A stretch of 64,000 nt of DNA from an uncultured Pseudomonadales bacterium (GTDB lineage Bacteria > Patescibacteriota > Microgenomatia > UBA1400 > PJMF01): contig CAZNOF010000001.1 in NCBI GenBank assembly GCA_964574595.1, forward strand, positions 142,721 to 206,720, written 5' to 3'. The first letter of the stretch is position 1. Each line of letters starts with the position of its first letter. The notes below the pieces were generated by a model, which did no database searches, was not told the origin of the DNA, and saw only the letters and a list, made by a program, of their open reading frames with translations. The position numbers and the translations under genes are program-made. Positions 48,531 through 57,974 of the stretch are shown piece after piece.

Positions 48531-49259
48531 TCAAGTTTTTAAAACAGGATATTTGAATCGTAAATCAATTGTTTTAATGGGTTGTTTCACCATCTTCACG
48601 TTTATATTCTCTACGATATACGCGAGTTTATCAACTTGTGCTGCCACTCCTTGAACGCTTAATTGTGCAACTTTTTGGTCAGGTAATTCAAGTGCGATTT
48701 CATCATTGTTTATCAAACTGATTTTCTGAACTTGGAGATGTTTGGTCTCAATTTGACTGATCATGCTAGAAAGTGCTTGATGAATATCTGGATCAAGGTT
48801 CGATCGAAGATTTAAGCTTTGATACATTTCATCTGGTATCTGAATAATTGGCAGTGTGGACTGGTTTGTCTGATTGATGACAGTGCCTGTTTCATCAACC
48901 AAGTAAAGGTTCTCTTGAGTAGCAGCTTTGACAGCATAAAGCTCTGATGCTGGTAAAAAGTTCACTACAATCGTATCTGGCAACTGTTGTTTGAACTGAT
49001 ATCGATGAAGAGATGGTTGATATCGGCTAATTTTCTGAAGCTGAGCATCAATATCTACTTGAAACAGCGATTTGCCTAAGTCCTTATTGAGTTCTGCTTG
49101 TAAGTAATCTGGGCAGTTTTCTACGCCATCGATCGTACAGGTGATTTTTTTAATCCCAAAAGTATGATTCAGCTGAATAAATATGAGGGAGAAAACCGTC
49201 AGAAAACACAAGATTCCAGTCACCAGGAGTTGTTTACTTCTCATGTCCAACTTTTTCAA
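48531..49259 (-). CDS. ftsQ: FtsQ/DivIB-like cell division protein
   Basis: Bitopic with POTRA-like architecture, located between murG and ftsA. Confidence 0.65.
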   Translation of the reverse strand: MKKLDMRSKQLLVTGILCFLTVFSLIFIQLNHTFGIKKITCTIDGVENCPDYLQAELNKDLGKSLFQVDIDAQLQKISRYQPSLHRYQFKQQLPDTIVVNFLPASELYAVKAATQENLYLVDETGTVINQTNQSTLPIIQIPDEMYQSLNLRSNLDPDIHQALSSMISQIETKHLQVQKISLINNDEIALELPDQKVAQLSVQGVAAQVDKLAYIVENINVKMVKQPIKTIDLRFKYPVLKT

Positions 49260-50358
49260 TTACTTGATACAAAAGTTCGTCTGCATTACTGATTTGCGCT
49301 GATTTGATACTTTGTAATTTTGCCTTAAGTGCTTCATGGTTTTTCTTTAGCTCATTAAGAGCGGTTAAAAGGTGAGGTTCATCAAGTTCTCTTTGAGCCA
49401 GATAAATTGCTCCTCCACGCTGGACCAATGACAGGGCATTTTTACTCTGTTCATCATTTCGGGCATGAGCCAGTGGAATAAAAATGGTAGGAACCTGCGC
49501 AAAAATAACTTCTTGAACGGTGTTCGCTCCGGCTCTGGAAATCATTCCCCAGACGTGCTGATATACCCAGCCCAGTTCCTCTTCGGTAATCCACTCACGT
49601 ACCACATATTGAGTTGCCAGTTCTTTGACTGATTTAGCGGCTGCCAGTTCCAGTTCTTGTTTGTAATTGTTCGTGGTGGTGGAGTTGCCACATTGGTGCA
49701 GCACGTCCCACTCCTTCAATAACTCGGGTAAGATGAGTTGAATAGTGTGATTAATCGATTGTGAGCCTTGGCTACCTCCGGCGATATACAACAGTGGTCG
49801 TTGAGAAGGCGGCATTGCCCAGTCCGGTTTTGCTTTCTTTTGCCAAAGACCTTGTCGAATTGGGTTACCGGTTAAGACAACTTTATTCTTTGGAAATGAT
49901 GAGGCGGTTTCTGGAAATGAAATGGCAATTTTGGTGGCAAAGTGAGCAATGAATCTATTTGCGGTACCCGGTGCGGCAGTTTGTTCATGAGTTACTACTG
50001 GAATTCCTCGTAGCCAGGCTGCCAGGGCAAATGGAACTGCCAGGTATCCTCCAAATGACAAAAACAAATCAGGCTGCTCCTTTTTAAGGATAGTTGATGC
50101 TCTCAGAAAAGAACCAATGAATTTAAAAAACTGAAGTGGCAATAGAAGTGGTTGAGTTAGGTCAACTTTCCCCGAGTCAAACTCCAGGAAAGGTATGCCT
50201 CGTTTCTCAACCTCTTCTTTTTCTACACTTCTCTGTTGCAATGTCGTTTGACTGAATTTTCTACCTACAAAAAGAATAGAATCTTTTTTTTGTGAAAGCA
50301 CGTAGTCAATCGCTGACAAAGCTGGAGTTAAATGTCCTCCCGTAATCAGAATTTTCAT
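49234..50358 (-). CDS. murG: UDP-GlcNAc:lipid I GlcNAc transferase MurG
   Basis: MKILITGGHLTPALS N-terminus and a GT28 C-terminal domain. Confidence 0.85.
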   Translation of the reverse strand: MKILITGGHLTPALSAIDYVLSQKKDSILFVGRKFSQTTLQQRSVEKEEVEKRGIPFLEFDSGKVDLTQPLLLPLQFFKFIGSFLRASTILKKEQPDLFLSFGGYLAVPFALAAWLRGIPVVTHEQTAAPGTANRFIAHFATKIAISFPETASSFPKNKVVLTGNPIRQGLWQKKAKPDWAMPPSQRPLLYIAGGSQGSQSINHTIQLILPELLKEWDVLHQCGNSTTTNNYKQELELAAAKSVKELATQYVVREWITEEELGWVYQHVWGMISRAGANTVQEVIFAQVPTIFIPLAHARNDEQSKNALSLVQRGGAIYLAQRELDEPHLLTALNELKKNHEALKAKLQSIKSAQISNADELLYQVIEKVGHEK

Positions 50359-51440
50359 GCCTCACCTTTTCGACCCAATTGAATCAATATACCTATCACA
50401 AATAATACCATCATCAATGAGGTCCCCCCATATGAGAAAAATGGTAATGGAATCCCAGTCAATGGCACTAGCGCCACAATTGCAGACAAGTTTAAGACAA
50501 TCTGCATACCAACCCAAATTAGCAGTCCCATTGAAAACAGATACTCATAGGTGCCAGGTTTTGTTTTTTTCGTGATTTGGTGAATCGTGCGAATGAAAAA
50601 TGCAAATAAGGCAATCAAGACAACCGACCCCAGAAAGCCAATTTCCTCAGCCACGATAGCAAATATTGAGTCGGTACTTGCTTCAGGAATATAAGAAAAC
50701 TTCTGTCTTGATTTGCCAATTCCTTCACCCATTAATCCTCCATTGCCCAGGGCAAGGGTGATTTGATGAATGTGGAAGCTGGCGCCTAAAGGATCGGCCT
50801 CAGGATTCAAGAATGTGGTCACTCTTTGTAGCCGATATGGCGAGAAATAAATGATCAGGATGAGTAATACTGCTCCTAACCCACCGATCATCGTGAATGT
50901 TTTGAGTGGTGCGCCTGCTAAAAAGTACATTCCGAATGCAATTGCCAGTACAATTAAAGCAGAGCCCATATCGGGTTGTTTGAGCAACAGAGCACTGGGT
51001 AGCAAAGTTAAGAACAAGAAAGGCCCCAACTTCTGATGCTCAGTCATCCATTTTGCAAAAAAAGAAACGATGGCAAACTTTAAGACTTCAACTGGCTGTA
51101 AACTGAAGCCAGGAAGATAGAGCCAGCGCCTTGCTCCATTTACCTCACGGCCGATTACTGGGAGAAAGGTGGCAATTAATAAGAGAATTGAGAGACCATA
51201 TAAAGCAGGTGAGATTTTTTTCCAAAACGGAATTGGAATGAGCGAGCCGGCAATAAGTCCAGCCATGCCAATGCCCAGCCACATTGCCTGTTGTCTTACA
51301 AAATAAAACGGATTGCCAAACGTTGAGTATGCTTCTGCAACAGATGCTTCAAAAACAAAAAGTAAGCCTAACGCACAGAGGATGAGCGTTAAGATGAAAA
51401 GTACTTTCTGTGGGGCAGCAACAGATTTCTTAATATTCAT
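50355..51440 (-). CDS. ftsW: SEDS-family FtsW
   Basis: Polytopic. Start taken at 51440 (MNIKKS), forming an ATGA overlap with the murD stop. Confidence 0.8.
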   Translation of the reverse strand: MNIKKSVAAPQKVLFILTLILCALGLLFVFEASVAEAYSTFGNPFYFVRQQAMWLGIGMAGLIAGSLIPIPFWKKISPALYGLSILLLIATFLPVIGREVNGARRWLYLPGFSLQPVEVLKFAIVSFFAKWMTEHQKLGPFLFLTLLPSALLLKQPDMGSALIVLAIAFGMYFLAGAPLKTFTMIGGLGAVLLILIIYFSPYRLQRVTTFLNPEADPLGASFHIHQITLALGNGGLMGEGIGKSRQKFSYIPEASTDSIFAIVAEEIGFLGSVVLIALFAFFIRTIHQITKKTKPGTYEYLFSMGLLIWVGMQIVLNLSAIVALVPLTGIPLPFFSYGGTSLMMVLFVIGILIQLGRKGEA

Positions 51441-52783
51441 GGCTGATCTAACTCTTGTATCCAATGTCGGAATTGAGCCGCTTTATCTTGATAATCATGG
51501 AACTGTCCAAAGCTGGGAGAAGCTGGTGAAAGAAGCACGACGTCGCCTCTCTTGGTTTTTTCAAATGAAATTCTGACAGCCTGCTCCATGGTATCGACCA
51601 AATGCATCTCTGGGAATTGGTCAGGAGAGTATGTAGCTTCGATGAGCTGCTTCATTTTCTCTCCAGATGGTTTGAAAAATATAACCACTGGAATTTTTTT
51701 CTTCACAACTTCCTCAACAATTAATGAGTACTCAATCCCCCGATCAAATCCACCGAGCATGACCACTTTGGCTTGAGGGTACGCTTGAATTGCTGCAATG
51801 GCCGCCTCTGGAATTGTGGCGAGCGTATCATCGATAAAGGTGACTCCACTTTTGGTTGTAATAGGCTCTAAACGATGGGACAAAGGTTGAAAGGTTTGAA
51901 TAGTTTGAACAACACTTGCATTGTCAATCGAAGTCACTTCAGCGAATTGAAGTGCAGCTGGTAAATCTTGAGTTAAGAAAACGTCACTCAGCGATGTCTG
52001 CACATTTTCTAAAAGGGCTATCTCATCCCGACCTGCGTAAGGTTGAAATGGTTTCTTTATACCTTTGCTCTGGGTGGCAAACTTTTTGATGAGTGGCTCA
52101 TTTTCGTTATAAATGCTGTAGTCACTTTCACCTTGAAATTTCAGAATATTTGCTTTAGCTAGCACGTACTCATCAATAGTTCCGTGATAATTTAAGTGTT
52201 CAGAAAAGATATTCAATAGAATTGCCCAGTGCGGACTAAAGGTGACCGCTTGGAGTTGATAACTGGACATCTCCATAGCCACAACTGTCTCATCGGTGAT
52301 TTGACTAACAATTTCAAATGGTGGGATGCCAATGTTTCCGGCCAACAGGGCAACCTTATTAGCTGCTAAAAGTAGTTGATAAATAAATGTGGTCGTCGTG
52401 CTCTTGCCCTTTGTTCCTGTAATGCCTACCGTTTGATTTCGATACACTCTCAAGAATTCGTTCAACTGTGATGTAATTATTCCGTCATGCTTTATAAACT
52501 CTTGTAATTGTGGCTCCGTCAAAGGGATGCTTGGTGTTTTAAAAATAACATCATATCTTTCAAGACCGAGAAGATACTCTGATTTACCAAGAATAAGATT
52601 GACGTTCTCCTGATCTACTTCACTTAATTGAAGTGTTTCAGCTTGATCCATAACATTTAATATTTTCCCTGGGAAAAGTTGCTTGAGCTGTTCTAAGGTA
52701 CTAATGCCTTCTTTTCCTAATCCTAAAACGAGAAGTTCTTTGTTTTGATAAAGATGTGCGAGGGATGTAGTCAGTTTATTCAT
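51437..52783 (-). CDS. murD: UDP-MurNAc-L-Ala:D-Glu ligase MurD
   Basis: LVLGLGKEG N-terminus, GITGTKGKSTTTTF P-loop, MEMSSYQL. Confidence 0.85.
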   Translation of the reverse strand: MNKLTTSLAHLYQNKELLVLGLGKEGISTLEQLKQLFPGKILNVMDQAETLQLSEVDQENVNLILGKSEYLLGLERYDVIFKTPSIPLTEPQLQEFIKHDGIITSQLNEFLRVYRNQTVGITGTKGKSTTTTFIYQLLLAANKVALLAGNIGIPPFEIVSQITDETVVAMEMSSYQLQAVTFSPHWAILLNIFSEHLNYHGTIDEYVLAKANILKFQGESDYSIYNENEPLIKKFATQSKGIKKPFQPYAGRDEIALLENVQTSLSDVFLTQDLPAALQFAEVTSIDNASVVQTIQTFQPLSHRLEPITTKSGVTFIDDTLATIPEAAIAAIQAYPQAKVVMLGGFDRGIEYSLIVEEVVKKKIPVVIFFKPSGEKMKQLIEATYSPDQFPEMHLVDTMEQAVRISFEKTKRGDVVLLSPASPSFGQFHDYQDKAAQFRHWIQELDQP

Positions 52784-54155
52784 AAATGCCTAAGGCAGCT
52801 TTTAAAATTGATTTGAATTCTGTGGGCAGATGAGAATCATTTTGGTAACCCTTCAAAAATTGTCGTGCGTCATCAGCAGTCTGTTTGACGTCTCCCACAA
52901 TTTCTTTGGCGGTTTTCCAGAGCAGACTCATCTGAGCATCCTCATTCCGCTCTAAGGCTAATGCCAAAGCGTAAATACTTTCTTGCCTGGTTCCAACACA
53001 TTCGAGTGATTTGACCTCAATTTGACCAGTCAGTTCTTGGAGGATTGGTTTCAGATTTGGTTTAGCAAATAAATCTTGACCCCAAATGGCTTGCACTTCA
53101 AATTGATCTAAAAATGCCGATAGAAGAATGAACACAAACATACACTTTGGACACTCGCCACACCACTTGCCAGATTTTTGTCCTCTGTTACAACTTAAGA
53201 AAATTGGAAAGTACTGTGGTACGCGACTAAATAGCTCAGCGATTTGAATTTCATGGAGTGGCCTCAACCAACTAAAGTACTGAACTTCGGCAATAAGGTA
53301 CTTCTGAAAGTAGGAATCAAATGCTTCTTCAAACTCAAAGGTTTTGGAGTATTGATGATTGATTGTTTGGCCTAAGAAAACGGTGTTTCCTTCATTGGCA
53401 CTCCACTCATTTGATAGAGCAATATATTTATAATCATACAGAATGGCAGCAGTTGCGGAAACAAATGCCAGTAAGGCAGAAAATGGTGTGTGACCATTTA
53501 AATACCCACTTCTGTTCAATTCAATGAGTTGTGGGTCAATAAATCGCTGCACGTTTCTGTTATCAGAAATACCACTCACGGTCAGGAGCTGACGAATTTG
53601 GTCATTACTGTTGAGGGTCAAGGAAGTTACTGGGAATGGTAATTCTTTTGCCAATTCAAGGCTTACAGCGGAGTCCTTGCCACCCCCAACTGGAATAAGT
53701 ACTTGTTGACTGAGTGAGATTGCTTGCCAATCATGTTTTACAGGTAAATGAGTCACCTCAATATCAAGAAAGTCCTTGTGCCAACCATCTATTTGGTTGA
53801 CGAAGAAGAATTCACTTAGTCCTTTTTCAAGTAACTGTTTCCAAAATACCATTTGCTCAGCATTGAGATATCCAGCTTCGATGGTAATGTGCGGACTGCA
53901 GGCGCTTTTCCAATATGACAGAAGTTCGACCATGCCTACTTGAAACGCTAACTCTTGCAAAAAACCAGCTTGAAAGGATTCGATTCGTTTAGCTGAGACC
54001 AAAGGGAAAAAAAGTGAAGGTTTAAAAGTAGGACCATTCTCTAACACAAACTCATACGAAAAAGTGACTCCATCTTCCTGAACAGTAACATCAACCCTTT
54101 GATAACTGAATCTAGGGTGCTTATCTCGTAACACTTGGAAATCAATATGTTGCAT
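52776..54155 (-). CDS. PP-loop (PAPS-reductase-like, GGGKDS) ATP pyrophosphatase-family protein with a C-terminal Cys cluster; function unknown
   Basis: PVGGGKDSAVS at about residue 155 and C-x9-WCGECPKC near residue 330. There is no glutaminase domain. It is inserted between mraY and murD. Confidence 0.5.
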   Translation of the reverse strand: MQHIDFQVLRDKHPRFSYQRVDVTVQEDGVTFSYEFVLENGPTFKPSLFFPLVSAKRIESFQAGFLQELAFQVGMVELLSYWKSACSPHITIEAGYLNAEQMVFWKQLLEKGLSEFFFVNQIDGWHKDFLDIEVTHLPVKHDWQAISLSQQVLIPVGGGKDSAVSLELAKELPFPVTSLTLNSNDQIRQLLTVSGISDNRNVQRFIDPQLIELNRSGYLNGHTPFSALLAFVSATAAILYDYKYIALSNEWSANEGNTVFLGQTINHQYSKTFEFEEAFDSYFQKYLIAEVQYFSWLRPLHEIQIAELFSRVPQYFPIFLSCNRGQKSGKWCGECPKCMFVFILLSAFLDQFEVQAIWGQDLFAKPNLKPILQELTGQIEVKSLECVGTRQESIYALALALERNEDAQMSLLWKTAKEIVGDVKQTADDARQFLKGYQNDSHLPTEFKSILKAALGIYE

Positions 54156-54170
54156 ATTTCTGTTTACACT

Positions 54171-55214
54171 CTACAGCATTGCCAACCAAACACCAAATAG
54201 AGTCAGCATAATTTGCACGAGCCAAGCTCTTTGAACGATTTTCGGCTCTTCCCAACCATGATACTGTAGCCATAAGTGTAGCGGAGAGACTGGAAAGACT
54301 TTTTTCTTGCGGAATCGCTTGGATAAGAGTTGGATGGTCGATGAAGAGATTTCTAAGACAAATAAAGAGCCGATAATTAAGACTGCAATAATTTTTCCCA
54401 ACAACAAGCCAACAACCGCCAATGTCGCCCCAAAAGCCAGTGCCCCAACGTCGCCCATAAAAATACGTGCTGGGAAAATATTAAAGTACATAAATGAGAT
54501 CAGCGCTCCAAGCCATAGTGCAATAAACATTGAGAGCGGCACATCTAAGATGGCTGAAGAGAGATACCATAATCCAAATAACGAAATCATCAGGATACCA
54601 GAGGCCAAGCCATCTAATCCGTCAGTAATATTGACGGCATTGGTAAAAGAGACAATCACAAACATGGCAAAAGGAATATAGAGGGCGCCCATTTCGATTG
54701 TTTTATTGAAGAACGGAATATAGACAAAAGAAATATGAAGCTGGAAGTACAACATGAACGCAACGATAGCGCTTAAAATAAGTTGGAGAATGAATTTATG
54801 CTTCATTCTCAAGCCAAAAAACTGTTTTTTCTCTATCTTAAAAAATTTCTTGACGTCATCGTACATTCCAAGCATACCAAAGGAAAGAAACGTGAAGAAC
54901 AAAATATTAATTTCTTTAGGAATATCGTAGACACCAGTGATATGAATTCCGAAAAACTTGACGATGGGAAAAATGATCGCAAATAAACTGGCGACGACCA
55001 TAATTACTAGTAAGCCACCCCCAACAGGCACACCGGCCTTACTGTTATGAAAGGTGTCAAAAATCGGAGTGCTTTGGCCAAATGCGTCAACAGTTTTTTG
55101 TTTGGCTCGCTGAAATTTTAATCGATAGAGGGTGTTAATAAACGGAACAATTAAAATGCTCGTAATCACAAACGAGAAAAGAAGCAATCCAAGAATAAAA
55201 AGGAGTGAATTCAT
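54171..55214 (-). CDS. mraY: Phospho-MurNAc-pentapeptide translocase MraY
   Basis: NAVNITDGLDGLA and KAGVPVGGG motifs. Confidence 0.9.
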   Translation of the reverse strand: MNSLLFILGLLLFSFVITSILIVPFINTLYRLKFQRAKQKTVDAFGQSTPIFDTFHNSKAGVPVGGGLLVIMVVASLFAIIFPIVKFFGIHITGVYDIPKEINILFFTFLSFGMLGMYDDVKKFFKIEKKQFFGLRMKHKFILQLILSAIVAFMLYFQLHISFVYIPFFNKTIEMGALYIPFAMFVIVSFTNAVNITDGLDGLASGILMISLFGLWYLSSAILDVPLSMFIALWLGALISFMYFNIFPARIFMGDVGALAFGATLAVVGLLLGKIIAVLIIGSLFVLEISSSTIQLLSKRFRKKKVFPVSPLHLWLQYHGWEEPKIVQRAWLVQIMLTLFGVWLAML

Positions 55215-55224
55215 ATGGCTCTAA

Positions 55225-56541
55225 TTAGTATCTTTCAATTCTAGCTCCCATTGAACAAAGACGCTCGTCCAGTTTTTCATATCCACGATTAATCTGTTCT
55301 TCAGGATCATGTAAGTTGGTTATTCCGTGAGCGATTAAACCAGCTACCATCAAGGTAGCACCATGGCGAAGGTCTTTGACGGTGAACTCACCGGCTTTTA
55401 AGGTGGCAGGTCCAGTGATTCTGGCTGCGTGAAATTGATTTGGTTTGGCATCATCTAGGTTGAAGTTATACACTTGGTCTGGATTACTGACTTCAGGATT
55501 AAATAGCTCGATATCAGCTCCCATTTGTTTCAGCGAATCGATATAGCCAAAACGACTTTCATAAACCGTCTCGTGCAGCGTACTAACTCCTTTTGCTTGA
55601 GTCATCATTGTCACCCAAAGAGGCTGCCAGTCGGTCTTAAAGCCTGGATGTACTTCCGTGGTAACATCGATCGCTTTTAATTTTTGTTTGTAGTAGAAAC
55701 GAATTCCGTAATGTCCAACTTCGTAGCCCGCACCTGCTTGTTCCAGCTTCTCCAAAAAGGCTTTTAGATCATGAGCATTTGCATCTTCAACGATCACGTC
55801 ACCTTTGGTAGCTAAAGCAGCACAGGCAAAAGAAACGGCTTGATTTTGATCAGGCATAATTTTATGAACTGAGCCATTTAGCTTGGTAACACCATCAATT
55901 TCAATTACTGAACCAGGATATCGACGAATTCTAGCTCCCATTGAGTTTAAGAACTGAATCAAGTCATCAATTTCTGTTTCCTCGGCGGCATTTTCCAGTA
56001 CAGTCTTCCCTTTTGCCTTGACTGCGGCCATGATCAGAGTTTCGGTTCCGGTATGAGACTTTTTCTTGAAACGGTACAAATTGCCTTTCAGTTCTCCTTT
56101 GACCTCAATTCGGTCACCGTTCGTTGAAACGTGTGCTCCCAAAGCTTCAAGCCCATCAAAATGTCGATCGAGTGGTCTGTTACCAATCTTATCCCCGCCT
56201 GGAAAAGGCACAGAAGCCTTGCCAAATTTCGCTAGTAAAGCTGGGATGAATAGAGTCGCTGCTCTGGAAACTTCACCGTTCTCAGAAGAGATTTCCCAGG
56301 AGCTAAGTTCTTGAGGATCAATTTTGTACGCACGATCGCCCACTAATTCAGCTTTGCCGCCGAGTGAGTTAATGACTCTGGCTACGAGTTCAACGTCACC
56401 AATATGACTAAAATTCAGAAGTCTGGAAGGCGTGTCTGCTAAAAGTGAGGCAATCATCAGTTTGTAGGAAGCGTTTTTTGCTCCACCTATTCTGACACTG
56501 CCGTATAAAGGAAAACCGCCGGTTATTTTAAAGTTAGACAT
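55225..56541 (-). CDS. murA: UDP-GlcNAc enolpyruvyl transferase MurA (active-site Asp variant)
   Basis: GGAKNA and PGGDKIGNRPLDRH motifs. The catalytic Cys115 position is Asp. Confidence 0.85.
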   Translation of the reverse strand: MSNFKITGGFPLYGSVRIGGAKNASYKLMIASLLADTPSRLLNFSHIGDVELVARVINSLGGKAELVGDRAYKIDPQELSSWEISSENGEVSRAATLFIPALLAKFGKASVPFPGGDKIGNRPLDRHFDGLEALGAHVSTNGDRIEVKGELKGNLYRFKKKSHTGTETLIMAAVKAKGKTVLENAAEETEIDDLIQFLNSMGARIRRYPGSVIEIDGVTKLNGSVHKIMPDQNQAVSFACAALATKGDVIVEDANAHDLKAFLEKLEQAGAGYEVGHYGIRFYYKQKLKAIDVTTEVHPGFKTDWQPLWVTMMTQAKGVSTLHETVYESRFGYIDSLKQMGADIELFNPEVSNPDQVYNFNLDDAKPNQFHAARITGPATLKAGEFTVKDLRHGATLMVAGLIAHGITNLHDPEEQINRGYEKLDERLCSMGARIERY

Positions 56542-56543
56542 AA

Positions 56544-57503
56544 TTACTCTAGAAAGAAAACTTCCTCATGGAGATCAACTCCATAAAGTTCTTTCACTTT
56601 CTGTTTGACTATACTTGCTAACTGTTTTACTTCATCACTCGTGCCATTACCAGTATTGACAAAAAAAGCCGCATGTTTCTCACTTACCTCAATTCCGCCA
56701 ACTCGAGTTTTCTTGAGTCCTGCTCGGTCAATGAGGAAGGCAGATGGAAACTCAGTTTTTTCAGCAAATTGAGGAAATTCTTGTCTTAACTGAGGAGTAT
56801 TTGGTACATTTTGGAAGTAGCAGCCTGAGCTGGGCTCGCCAAGTGGCTGAGTAGTTGCTCGTCGAATAGTCGCTTCCTTGACCAATTCAAGGGATTTTTC
56901 TTTATAGCCCATCGGCAGTAAAAACTCGATTTGCAGGATGATTTCATGCGTCTGTTGGAATCTGGAAAAGTCATATCTGAATTCACATTCTTCTTGTGTC
57001 AGCCACTTTACTTCACCATTCAGATCGACTACCTCAACTCGTTTGACATACTCGCCAATCAGATGCGCGTCGTAGTGGGCATTATTGTAGATAGCACCGC
57101 CAATTTTTCCTGGTACACCCAAGTAATATTCGAGACCAGCTAATCCGTCGTCTATAGTCTGGCGAACCAAGAGCGCTGTTTTATAACCCGATCCAACTCT
57201 AATTAAGGTTTTACTTTCCTGACGTTCAAGAATTTGATACGCATCGTACGTTAAAGAAATGGTTACTCCCTTGAGTCCTGCAGACGAAATGACTACGTTG
57301 CTGGCTCCAGCTAGGATCCGGAACGAGATTTTTTCTTGGGAACAAAATTTGACGACCTCAATGATTTTCTCTCGAGTGTCGGCGACAATAAATACTTCGG
57401 CTGGGCCACCAATTTTAAAATAGCTCATGGGAGCCAAAGGCACATCAAACTGGGGATGTAGTTGTGAAAGTCTATCCTGAACTAACTGTTGTAGGGTAGT
57501 CAT
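56544..57503 (-). CDS. murB: UDP-N-acetylenolpyruvoylglucosamine reductase MurB
   Basis: FKIGGPAEVF FAD-binding N-terminus. Confidence 0.85.
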   Translation of the reverse strand: MTTLQQLVQDRLSQLHPQFDVPLAPMSYFKIGGPAEVFIVADTREKIIEVVKFCSQEKISFRILAGASNVVISSAGLKGVTISLTYDAYQILERQESKTLIRVGSGYKTALLVRQTIDDGLAGLEYYLGVPGKIGGAIYNNAHYDAHLIGEYVKRVEVVDLNGEVKWLTQEECEFRYDFSRFQQTHEIILQIEFLLPMGYKEKSLELVKEATIRRATTQPLGEPSSGCYFQNVPNTPQLRQEFPQFAEKTEFPSAFLIDRAGLKKTRVGGIEVSEKHAAFFVNTGNGTSDEVKQLASIVKQKVKELYGVDLHEEVFFLE

Positions 57504-57539
57504 TGATCCATTATACCCATTTTTGTCACATTTTGCGCA

Positions 57540-57974
57540 TTATTTCACATTTTGGAGATTATTATTCAAAATAGTCGGCTTCATCCCCATTATTTCATCA
57601 TACCCATTCACTCGTTTATCTGGAGAATGAAGTAAAAACAAGGTTTTTTTCAGATACAGAGCGACTGCCATTTCCATCAGGACATTTGGGCCAATATACC
57701 CTGCCAAATCATGTTTGGGTTCATTCACGACCAGAATTGCATCTGCTTTTCGAATATTGGGAAAGTGACTGAGAATGGCCTGGTGTTTTTGTTCAATATT
57801 GCCGTCATCAAATCGATCAGAGTAATGGTCAAAGTTGAAGTCTCGATTCTGTTCCATTTCGAGTGCTAACTCAGGAACAATTACTTGATAGCCTGCTTTT
57901 TCTAGCGCATGCATTACTTTAATCACTGATTCATACGCGGAGCAGCTGGCACAGAGTGTAATGGTCTTGATCAT
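57540..57974 (-). CDS. Small Rossmann-like protein, nucleoside 2-deoxyribosyltransferase-like fold (tentative)
   Basis: 144 aa. GYIGPNVLMEMAVALYLKKTLFLL resembles the NDT-family catalytic-Glu region. It overlaps murC by ATGA. Confidence 0.3.
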   Translation of the reverse strand: MIKTITLCASCSAYESVIKVMHALEKAGYQVIVPELALEMEQNRDFNFDHYSDRFDDGNIEQKHQAILSHFPNIRKADAILVVNEPKHDLAGYIGPNVLMEMAVALYLKKTLFLLHSPDKRVNGYDEIMGMKPTILNNNLQNVK

